Source: Candidatus Methylomirabilales bacterium (GTDB lineage Bacteria; Methylomirabilota; Methylomirabilia; Methylomirabilales; CSP1-5). From it: a stretch of 22,219 bases of DNA. Positions 1 through 7,157 of the stretch are shown in pieces; position 1 is the stretch's first letter, and each line of letters starts with the position of its first letter. The DNA is taken from the NCBI GenBank assembly GCA_046758505.1, contig JBHIAH010000042.1, positions 1 to 22,219 on the forward strand, given 5' to 3'. The position numbers and the translations under genes were made by a program. Below the pieces are notes generated by a model. The model saw only the letters and a list, made by a program, of their open reading frames with translations, did not search any database and was not told where the DNA came from.

Positions 1-140
1 CAGCCGCTCAGGCTGCGCCCGGCCAGGAAGTACTCTTCCAGGCTCTGTGAGGCGATCTTGCTGGAGTGAATGCCTGATGAGACCGAATAGACGATGAAGG
101 CCACGATGATAAGGACGTCGATCCAGCCCAAGGTCGCCAC
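1..140 (-). CDS. Sodium:solute symporter (SSS) family protein, N-terminal part (runs off the window start)
   Basis: Not in the ORF track. Translating by hand from GTG at 140 gives MATLGWIDVLIIVAFIVYSVSSGIHSSKIASQSLEEYFLAGRSLSG..., a TM helix followed by the typical SSS 'YFLAGRSL' motif. AGGGG lies upstream as a possible RBS. Confidence 0.88.
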   Translation of the reverse strand, partial: MATLGWIDVLIIVAFIVYSVSSGIHSSKIASQSLEEYFLAGRSLSG

Positions 141-211
141 GCGGTGATACCCCTAGCCGGTTGTTGCTTCTCGCAACGAAATCTCCCCCTTGAGACCCGC
201 ATCGACCGAGA

Positions 212-220
212 AGTGTACCA
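212..220 (-). promoter_or_regulatory. Putative extended -10 element (TG-G-TACACT) for the symporter gene
   Basis: The minus strand reads TGGTACACT about 70 nt upstream of the GTG start. No clear -35. Confidence 0.35.
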
Positions 221-478
221 CAAAGCCCCCCGGCCATCCAGGCTGTCACACCCGTCTCTCCCACGAAACCGGGAGATGCGTCCTAAGCACCTCCCCTACA
301 TTCCGTTTTGACGGCCCGCCCTTGCCCGGGTAAGATTCCCCCCTGAACACCCGAGGCCCCGGGCGAGGCTGGGCCAGCCGGCGCTCGTATCTCGGCGGCC
401 AGCCGAACGACATCGCACCGAGGGAACCACTCAGACGGTCTCCAAACAGACAAAGCGATATTTCAGGGAGGGTCCGAC

Positions 479-931
479 ATGCGCAAAGGGGTAATCCTGT
501 TTTTGGCAATTGTGATACCTGTTTCCGCAGCCTTTGCTGGGGCGGGCCTCGTCAACAAGAAAAGCGCGTACAGCGTGGCGGAAACACTGGACCGCCTTGA
601 AAAGGCTCTGACCCAAAAGGGGATTGTCGTCTTCGCTCGGATCGATCACGCGGCCGGCGCGAAAAAAGTTGGTCTCGCGTTGCGAGCAACGGAAGTGGTG
701 ATTTTCGGGAATCCGAAGCTGGGGACACCACTCATGCAGAGCAATCAGACCATCGGCATCGATCTTCCCTTAAAGGCCCTTGCCTGGGAAGACGAGACCG
801 GACAGGTGTGGCTGACGTACAACGCCCCGGCTTCCCTCGCAGATCGCCACGGGATTCGCGATCAAACGGATGTCGTCAATAAGATGTCGCGAGCCCTTGA
901 CAAGCTGACCGATGCCGCCACACGGCCTTAA
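479..931 (+). CDS. DUF302 domain-containing exported protein
   Basis: Signal peptide, 'FARIDHAAGA', 'IFGNPKLGTPLMQ' and 'GIDLPLKALAWED' motifs. GGGAGGG RBS upstream. Confidence 0.92.
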   Translation: MRKGVILFLAIVIPVSAAFAGAGLVNKKSAYSVAETLDRLEKALTQKGIVVFARIDHAAGAKKVGLALRATEVVIFGNPKLGTPLMQSNQTIGIDLPLKALAWEDETGQVWLTYNAPASLADRHGIRDQTDVVNKMSRALDKLTDAATRP

Positions 932-1069
932 CGCGCCGCGCAGAGACGGACTGGGTCGCACCGAAATGCATCGCCTCCACTGGCTGCCACGGTCAAGGGA
1001 AACGTTGGCCCGCATCGAACGGCCCCCTTCAGCCCTTCCATCGGCGCGCGGCGATTGTGCGGCAGCGGC

Positions 1070-1402
1070 TCAGATGAGCTTCCAGCCAATGGCCGAATTC
1101 ACCGTGTCCTTCACCACGCGCAGGGCGGCATTGATCGCCTGTTCAACGGCGATGATCCCTAGACCCTCAACGGTGACCATCACCGACCGCATGGCGTTCT
1201 TCTGGATCTCCATCAACAGACGCGCCTCTTCCTTGTCGATGTCACCCGCCAGTTTCATCTTCTGGATGTTCACGATTGTCACGCCGAATTTCCTGAACTC
1301 GACCTCCGCATACTTCTGGACGGACGGATACTTTTTTTTCAGGACGCGTAGGGCTGCGCTTCCCATCCGCTTGACCAGCTTTTCCACGTCAATGTCTGGC
1401 AT
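1070..1402 (-). CDS. Hypothetical protein (110 aa, helical)
   Basis: GGGAGGTGA RBS before the ATG, protein-like composition, co-oriented directly downstream of the lipoprotein gene. Confidence 0.85.
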   Translation of the reverse strand: MPDIDVEKLVKRMGSAALRVLKKKYPSVQKYAEVEFRKFGVTIVNIQKMKLAGDIDKEEARLLMEIQKNAMRSVMVTVEGLGIIAVEQAINAALRVVKDTVNSAIGWKLI

Positions 1403-1459
1403 GACTCACCTCCCGTGACGCATCCGTTGCGAGGCCATGCATCGGCGACTCTCTGGTGC

Positions 1460-1933
1460 CTACTCACCACGCTTTTTCGCCAATTCCAGTTTGATAATTG
1501 CCGTGAACTGGGCATCCAACGCATCTCGTACGGGGTCGACGAGGGGCTTCGCCAGGCCCTTCGGGCCGCGTTTTTCATGGAGGGTGCGGAGCGCATCAAT
1601 GTTCTTTTCGAGTAATTCGATGTGCTGTACCGTGAGCCTATTGTTCGGTATGGCTTTGGCACGCATCCGCATCGAGCTCAACGCCACTTTTGCCTCGTCG
1701 TAGAAGGTCTTGTTCTTGCGGTACGTTCCCGCACTGCTCCCGGCCGTGGCCTCCATCTTCAACAGGAATCTTTCCACGTTCTTGTGGAGCGCGGTCGCCG
1801 ACTTGTCGGTGACCTCGTCGTAATCGCTGATGAACTTGACCGAACATCCCGACACGACGAGGGTGAGCAGCGAGAACATCACAAGAGCGAAACGGACCCT
1901 CAGATGGGTAGCGGGGTGTTTGACGGTCATCAC
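1460..1933 (-). CDS. Hypothetical lipoprotein
   Basis: GAGGAGGA RBS. A hydrophobic stretch ends in lipobox-like VVSG-C and is followed by a helical charged domain. Confidence 0.85.
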   Translation of the reverse strand: MMTVKHPATHLRVRFALVMFSLLTLVVSGCSVKFISDYDEVTDKSATALHKNVERFLLKMEATAGSSAGTYRKNKTFYDEAKVALSSMRMRAKAIPNNRLTVQHIELLEKNIDALRTLHEKRGPKGLAKPLVDPVRDALDAQFTAIIKLELAKKRGE

Positions 1934-2053
1934 GTGATCCTCCTCTGTGATGAGATCGGGGACTTCACACCGAGATCATCGACGACGCACAGGTTTTTCA
2001 TATTGGGTCCCCAGTCATCATGCACCTGGGTATGGAGCGCCACGGGGCCGTCC

Positions 2054-2512
2054 CTATCCGCTCTCCGCCTCACCCTGCTCGGCGGAGGCCACCGGGGCCT
2101 GCTGAAGGATAAGCATCCCGGTGAGCTGGATCGGCGGCGACTGCGATGGTGTCTCGCGCCCGCGTTCGCGGAGCTTCAAGACCTCGCGAATCGGGTCAGC
2201 CCCGGAGGCGATCAGGAGCCCGGTGAGGACCTGCCCGCCGACACTCTGCGCGCTTCCGAGGCCCAGCGAGGCAAGCAGGTTGAGTTTGACGAGCAGCGCA
2301 CCGACCACCGCGAGCAGCGCACTCAGGGCGAAGAGGACCACCCGGCGGTTCCGCTCTATCTGGCCCTGCGCATGCGGGTCGACCGTGGCGGACACCTCCA
2401 TCCGCTCCCGCCACCATCCCCAGTAGCCCAGCACGATCGCGATCCCGTTCGTCAACCGCTCGACCATGAACGCGAGGAGTCCGAACGTCGCCACGAGCGT
2501 TGTCGTGTCCAT
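2054..2512 (-). CDS. Hypothetical membrane protein (152 aa, about 3 TM segments); may be translated separately or as the C-terminus of the upstream ORF
   Basis: Strong GGAGGT RBS (2517-2522) before the ATG at 2512. Hydrophobic segments TLVATFGLLAFMV, VVLFALSALLAVVGALLV and GQVLTGLLIASG. Confidence 0.75.
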   Translation of the reverse strand: MDTTTLVATFGLLAFMVERLTNGIAIVLGYWGWWRERMEVSATVDPHAQGQIERNRRVVLFALSALLAVVGALLVKLNLLASLGLGSAQSVGGQVLTGLLIASGADPIREVLKLRERGRETPSQSPPIQLTGMLILQQAPVASAEQGEAESG

Positions 2513-3136
2513 GAGCACCTCCATCCAGCCGCGGGACGCGGACCGTCCCACAGCGGTATGAGAGACCCGACCTTTTCCATACCAGAGCACGGCCCCCTCG
2601 CGCTTGGCGAGGAGAATCACACCGTGAAAGGCAACATCATCGATGCCTTTTTTGAGCCTGCCACTGACAAACGACAGGACGTGGCGCCCCGCCTCGAGGG
2701 CGAAGGGTTTCGAGGTCCAGGAGGCACCGCAGCGGGGATGATTGGGGGACTGATTGGGGGGGAGCCACCCAACTTCCTTGCCATCCACGAGCACCCTGTC
2801 GACCCGGCCGGCTGCAACCCCCCACACGCGTTCGAGCTGGATCTGAAGGCCGATCTGCCGGGAGGTGACGAAATCGATGGCATAGCGACCGCCCCACAGG
2901 CCGATGCGGTTCAGCTCGGCGAAGCCGCACTGGTCCCCGTAAAGCCCGTCGCCGATATGGTGAAGGACAGGGTCGAGGGTCGCCGCGTGCAAGTGCTCCT
3001 CTTGGGCAAGCGCGGGGCTCGCAGCAAGCCAGCTCAATGCCAGTATGCCCAGCACCGCCAGAGGCGCCGACCGGCGGACCCGCGGCACCTTCAGGGGCCT
3101 CGCGGCCCCGGCGTCAGGGATCAAGAGGGCATGCAT
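2054..3136 (-). CDS. Exported beta-rich domain protein, in frame (no stop) with the downstream membrane protein; start uncertain
   Basis: Signal peptide ending ...AASPALA|QEE, then a beta-strand-like domain (RVLVDGKEVG...LEAGRHVLSF). The frame stays open to 2054. Confidence 0.6.
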   Translation of the reverse strand: MHALLIPDAGAARPLKVPRVRRSAPLAVLGILALSWLAASPALAQEEHLHAATLDPVLHHIGDGLYGDQCGFAELNRIGLWGGRYAIDFVTSRQIGLQIQLERVWGVAAGRVDRVLVDGKEVGWLPPNQSPNHPRCGASWTSKPFALEAGRHVLSFVSGRLKKGIDDVAFHGVILLAKREGAVLWYGKGRVSHTAVGRSASRGWMEVLMDTTTLVATFGLLAFMVERLTNGIAIVLGYWGWWRERMEVSATVDPHAQGQIERNRRVVLFALSALLAVVGALLVKLNLLASLGLGSAQSVGGQVLTGLLIASGADPIREVLKLRERGRETPSQSPPIQLTGMLILQQAPVASAEQGEAESG

Positions 3137-3506
3137 CGGTGGGGCATGGCCCCACAAAATACGAATGCAGACACTTCGAGTAATGCGATACAAAGAAGTC
3201 CCCTTCTGTCGGCGTCCGTATCCCTTGGGTGGGCAGAATCGGGAGGCGAGAAGAACGCCGCAGCAGGGCTGGCGATGGGCTCTCGGTGCTTCTCGCGCTG
3301 TGTAATCCCGGAGGCGTTGGCCTTCGCCCCGCCATCGGGAGTCACCGTGATTGCGACGCTCCTCGGGGTGATCCGGCCCGGCAACGATTCCGGCTCACAA
3401 GGCGCACACGCCCGGGAGGAAGGCCTGCCAGTCATTCCACGTCGAACCGCACGGGAACATCAGCACGCGGGGAGGTGCCGTTTCCCCATCCCTCCTTGCT
3501 CGGCGA

Positions 3507-3537
3507 ATGATACTCTGAACCGTTCATGGGGTGTCAA
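3507..3537 (-). promoter_or_regulatory. Putative sigma70 promoter TTGACA-N19-TATCAT with an internal dyad TGAAC-N-GTTCA
   Basis: On the + strand, ATGATA at 3507-3512 and TGTCAA at 3532-3537. The 19-nt spacer contains the palindrome at 3516-3526. Confidence 0.45.
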
Positions 3538-3776
3538 GACATTTTGTCGATGCAGCGGAGGCGAACGGGCAGGATCGGGCACGATTGTTCCCGCAGATAC
3601 GCATGGCCGTTCCTCCGTGAGATGCGGCCCACACCGGATACCGATGGCAGCGATGGGAAGGACATGGAAGCCCCGCACCCTCGCGAGACCGTTGCAGGCC
3701 CAGCCTTGACTGGGGAGGAGAGACGGGCGATACTGAAGTACGGGCCCCCCACGATGAGCCGGCCCGCGGGATGTCA

Positions 3777-3800
3777 CCGGGGTGGACGCATCCGCCCCGG
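3777..3800. other. Strong GC hairpin upstream of the aldolase gene
   Basis: CCGGGGTGGA-CGCA-TCCGCCCCGG: 10-bp stem with one G-U pair. Confidence 0.5.
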
Positions 3801-3843
3801 AGAAAGCCGATCAGAGACAGCGCCATCACAGAGAGGGTATCCC

Positions 3844-4767
3844 ATGAATAAGCGCATCCACGAGATCCTCGGCTGGTACGACAGCATCAATCCGGGCACG
3901 CGGACCAATCTGGCCCGCATCCTGAACCATGGGACGCTCGGGGGGACGGGGCGGCTGGTGATTCTGCCCGTGGATCAGGGCTTTGAACACGGTCCGGCCC
4001 GCAGTTTCGCCCCAAACCCTCCGAGCTACGATCCCTTCTACCATTTCGAGTTGGCCGTCGAGGCGGGCTGCAACGCGTACGCCGCCCCGCTGGGTTTTCT
4101 GGAGGCGGGCGCCGGGCATTTTGCGGGCGAGATTCCGTTGATCCTCAAGCTCAACAGCCACGACGTGCTGCTGGACGAGAAGGACCCTGCGCCGGCAGTC
4201 ACCGGCAGCGTGCGGGACGCGTTACGGCTGGGCTGCGCGGCGGTCGGGTTTACGATCTATCCGGGATCGGCCGCACGCCAGCAGATGTACGAGCAGCTCC
4301 GAGCCATCGCCGAAGAGGCCAAGGCCTGCGGCCTGGCGGTGGTGGTGTGGTCCTACCCCCGCGGCTCTGGCTTGAGCAAAGCGGGGGAAACCGCCGTCGA
4401 CATCGTCGCCTACGCCGCCCATATCGCCGCCCAGCTCGGGGCCCACATCATCAAGGTGAAGCTGCCGACCGAGCGGGTAGAGCTCGCCGCGGCGAAAAAG
4501 ACCTACGAGCAGTACCCCATTGCGACCGGTACCCTCGCGGATCGGGTGCGGCACGTGGTCCAGAGCGCCTTCAATGGGCGGCGGATCGTCATTTTCTCGG
4601 GCGGGGCCAAGGAAACGGATGAGGCGCTGTTCGACGAGATCAGGGCCATCCGCGATGGGGGCGGCTTCGGGTCGATCATTGGCCGGAACACGTTTCAGCG
4701 GGAACGGCCGGAGGCGCTCAAGCTCCTCAATACCATCATGAAGATCTACGCGGGTCAGATCACGTAA
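3844..4767 (+). CDS. fbaB: Class I fructose-bisphosphate aldolase (DhnA/FbaB family)
   Basis: 'ILPVDQGFEHGP', 'GFTIYPGS', 'VVWSYPRG', 'AHIIKVKLP' (Schiff-base Lys) and 'GSIIGRN'. The likely start is ATG 3844 after GAGAGGG. The upstream extension in the ORF track looks non-coding. Confidence 0.93.
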   Translation: MNKRIHEILGWYDSINPGTRTNLARILNHGTLGGTGRLVILPVDQGFEHGPARSFAPNPPSYDPFYHFELAVEAGCNAYAAPLGFLEAGAGHFAGEIPLILKLNSHDVLLDEKDPAPAVTGSVRDALRLGCAAVGFTIYPGSAARQQMYEQLRAIAEEAKACGLAVVVWSYPRGSGLSKAGETAVDIVAYAAHIAAQLGAHIIKVKLPTERVELAAAKKTYEQYPIATGTLADRVRHVVQSAFNGRRIVIFSGGAKETDEALFDEIRAIRDGGGFGSIIGRNTFQRERPEALKLLNTIMKIYAGQIT

Positions 4768-4834
4768 CCGGCAGCCGCCGAGACATCGGAATTGCGCGTC
4801 GCGCTGAACGGCCCAGGCCTCACAGGTGCACCCT

Positions 4835-5851
4835 TCAGTTCCAGTGGCCCTTGGGTACCGTCACCCATCCTCCGAAGGCCTCCCGCGCCTCCCGATAGAA
4901 GGCCTCCGTCTCCCCCTGGTATCGCGGAGAAAAGTGAAAGAGCGCCAGTCGCCGAACGTCCGCCTCCCGCGCGATGAGTCCTGCTTGCTTCGCGGTGAGG
5001 TGAGACCGCTCTGCCGCCAGCGATGCGTCCCGGTCGAGGTAGGCCGCCTCGCAATACAGGACGTCCGCCCCCTTGACTAACGCCACGATGCGTGCCACGT
5101 TCTCGGGGGCGTAGAGGGCGTCGGTCACGTACGCCAGCTTCTGCCCCGGGGTGATATTGACCAGGGCGGCCTTGAGCTCCCCGAGCGCAAAGGTCTCTGG
5201 CCGGCCCCCCGGCGACTCCACCACGATCCGGTCCTTGTCAGAGACCCCCGCCCGGATCTTCGCCTTGAGGTCTGAAAGCCAGGGTCCGACCGGCAACTGG
5301 AGATCCGCAAGCCGCGTCTTGTCAATATTGATGTGAAAGGGCTCTTCGACGGCGAAAGCCAGACAGGGGATCTGATGATCGAGATGCGCTGCCCGGACGC
5401 GGAAGCCAGGCTCACCCCAGAGGTCACCCGCAAAGGCACGCGGCGCCAGGTCGCGGCGCCGGAAGGCCTCCGCGCAGGCAAAGCGCGCTCCCCGAATAGA
5501 GTCGAGATCAACTTCGAAGACTTCGAGACAGAGGGGGTAGCCCTGGACCAGGTTCCAGGTGTAACCGCGAAGTTTCCCCTCCACGTTCCCGATCATCCCC
5601 CGGGGCCCAAAGAGGCTCAGGATACGATCACGGCCGAGGACCGTCCGGAGGAGGTGATCAAAACCGACAAAGTGGTCGAGGTGGGTATGGGACACGAAGA
5701 CCTCGCTCACGCGGAGGAGGTCGCCGGATCGCAGGGGGGTAAGGGATCCCAGATCAAAGAGCAGGGCACGCCGGGCCCACCGGACCCGGACATAGAGAGC
5801 CGGATCGCCCCATGGGCCGTTGACCAATTGCATCTGAAAGGTAGGCTTCAT
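4835..5851 (-). CDS. rnz: Ribonuclease Z-like MBL-fold metallo-hydrolase
   Basis: 'SHTHLDHFVG' HxHxDH motif, exosite-like 'LPVGPWL' arm, 'AYVTD', 'CEAAY', 'HLTA' and 'HFSPRY'. Confidence 0.85.
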   Translation of the reverse strand: MKPTFQMQLVNGPWGDPALYVRVRWARRALLFDLGSLTPLRSGDLLRVSEVFVSHTHLDHFVGFDHLLRTVLGRDRILSLFGPRGMIGNVEGKLRGYTWNLVQGYPLCLEVFEVDLDSIRGARFACAEAFRRRDLAPRAFAGDLWGEPGFRVRAAHLDHQIPCLAFAVEEPFHINIDKTRLADLQLPVGPWLSDLKAKIRAGVSDKDRIVVESPGGRPETFALGELKAALVNITPGQKLAYVTDALYAPENVARIVALVKGADVLYCEAAYLDRDASLAAERSHLTAKQAGLIAREADVRRLALFHFSPRYQGETEAFYREAREAFGGWVTVPKGHWN

Positions 5852-5857
5852 GTCCGA

Positions 5858-5906
5858 AGCTGACAGCAGTCAGCAGTCCGCAGCAAGAGAGGCCCAGCGA
5901 TCAGCA
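5858..5906. repeat. Degenerate 7-bp tandem repeats (CAGCAGT/CAGCGAT type)
   Basis: gctgacagcagtcagcagtccgcagc...cagcgatcagca. Confidence 0.6.
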
Positions 5907-5924
5907 TTCCAACCCCCCTCATTG

Positions 5925-6515
5925 GAGCGAGGACGACAGCAAAGCCGAGGACGGCGGAAAAGACGGTAGCACGTTCGGCCCCTCCCTCCGCGCCTCCCGC
6001 GGCGACCCTTGTCGGCGGCTTACGCCCTGGGTCCCTCCGTGTTCACGATCCCTGCAAAGAAGATCGGCACGGATCGCGCCCCGGTTTCCCAGGCCGCCGC
6101 TCGCCGGGGGACCCCGCCGCTCCCGGCCATGTCGCTCGGGGCCTCCACGTGCTGCCTGAGAACAAAATGCGACTGGAGAGTCGGGCGTGTCTTCGGGAGG
6201 GCGAGGGGAGCTGGGCCTGGACCCGGCGGAACCTGGTTTGCGTCCGGCCGGGGTCCCGCCGCCGGAGCGCAGCGCAGGTGGGGGTGGCCGTCCTGCAGCC
6301 CGCTCGACCCGTCCGGCGTGGAAGTACCGGCACCCGCCAGAACTACCCATGGAATTGTTCCGCCGGGGAAGCCCCGCTCCCCGAGCCCTTCCGGGCACGG
6401 ATACGACGGGAGGCTTGGAGCGAGGGGCGTGCATGTGTTGCGCGACGGCGTGCAAACCAGTTTCCGCCCTTCTTGGCTTTGCTCCCCTGCCCCGTCTCGT
6501 GGCGGTCTTCGGACG
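5925..6515 (+). ncRNA. Candidate large structured non-coding RNA of unknown family
   Basis: End-to-end helices 5938-5960/6461-6483 (22 of 23 paired) and 5978-5999/6407-6428 (20 of 22 paired) enclose several internal stems. G-U pairs fall almost all on the + strand. A cUUCGg hairpin sits at 6505-6514. No credible ORF covers the region. Confidence 0.65.
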
Positions 6516-6516
6516 A

Positions 6517-6534
6517 CGGTCATCGGTCATCGGT
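6517..6534. repeat. 7-bp tandem repeat CGGTCAT (about 2.5 copies)
   Basis: cggtcat cggtcat cggt. The same unit recurs near 20080-20103. Confidence 0.6.
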
Positions 6535-6656
6535 AAATAGTTGGTACGGCTCTAATGCAAACGTATTAGATCTTGCGATAATGGAACAATAGAACATTAG
6601 ACCGCAATGGAGCATTTCTTCAGGATCACTCTATTGCTCCACCGCTCCATTCGTCC

Positions 6657-6685
6657 AAAGTAAACGCACAAAGTGCGTTTACTTT
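6657..6685 (-). terminator. Perfect 13-bp AT-rich hairpin directly after the stop codon of the 6684-7157 gene (probable terminator or binding site)
   Basis: AAAGTAAACGCAC-AAA-GTGCGTTTACTTT. It overlaps the TAA stop at 6684-6686. Confidence 0.6.
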
Positions 6686-7157
6686 ACCGGGGCCAGCCCA
6701 CGTACTGGCCATCCTCCCAGAGCTCGACCATCCGCTCCACGATGGACAGACGATCCTCAAAACGCTCGCTCTGGGAGAGCGATCGATCATGCGGCCAGAC
6801 CTCCTCCAGGAAGGGCCGGGCTTCTTCGGGAATCGCATAGTACGCTTCCCGAAGCTCGACGACCGTCCGGCGGTTGACCTGCTCGAGGTTGGAGACGGGG
6901 ACGATAAGGGGTTGGGGGTTGTCGTAGAGGCTCCGCCAGTGGACGCAATCTCTGAGGTTGGCGCCGACGAGATCTCGAGCAAGGCAGGCAAACTCCATAA
7001 ACCAGCCGATGGTTCGCTGGCACACCAGACACCCGGGACATTCGTCATCCAGGACAACGGGGAGGTAGGCTTCCGCTCGGAGGGGCCCTCCCGGTAGAAT
7101 CCAGTGGACCGACCGGCAGTGCCGGAAGCGCGCGTTGTTGGCGGTCAGCTCAGGCAT
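6684..7157 (-). CDS. Hypothetical Cys-containing protein (CPGCLVC); true start uncertain, possibly upstream of an in-frame UGA at 7200-7202
   Basis: Protein-like composition and a hairpin right after the stop. No RBS before the ATG at 7157. Confidence 0.65.
   Translation of the reverse strand: MPELTANNARFRHCRSVHWILPGGPLRAEAYLPVVLDDECPGCLVCQRTIGWFMEFACLARDLVGANLRDCVHWRSLYDNPQPLIVPVSNLEQVNRRTVVELREAYYAIPEEARPFLEEVWPHDRSLSQSERFEDRLSIVERMVELWEDGQYVGWPR

Noticed and set aside
3585..3695. Cobalamin riboswitch (TGTTCCCGCA, ATGGGAAGG, AAGCC...GAGACC fragments)
   Set aside because: The conserved GGGAA..GGTG core, GCCACTG and spacing are missing, and the downstream gene is unrelated to B12.
1622..3709. 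695-aa + strand ORF
   Set aside because: Antisense shadow of the minus-strand genes, which have RBSs and signal/TM features. The translation is R/G/H-rich with no recognisable motif.
3526..3843. N-terminal extension of the aldolase ORF
   Set aside because: Low-complexity sequence with no family similarity. A good RBS and ATG exist at 3844.
6135..6165. HDV-like ribozyme (TCCACGT resembles the L3 loop)
   Set aside because: The flanks form only a simple hairpin (CTCGGG/CCTGAG). No nested P1/P2, no P1.1 GG and no J4/2 motif.
5925..6515. RNase P RNA, tmRNA, SRP RNA or group II intron identity
   Set aside because: No GAGGAAAGUCC/CGGCUUAU P4 pair, no tRNA-like ends with CCA, no SRP GGAAGGAAGCAG loop and no domain V consensus seen on either strand.
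5919..6592. Six overlapping ORFs across the structured region
   Set aside because: All are P/R/G/A-rich without clear RBS or motifs, as expected for GC-rich non-coding DNA. Base-pairing explains the region better.
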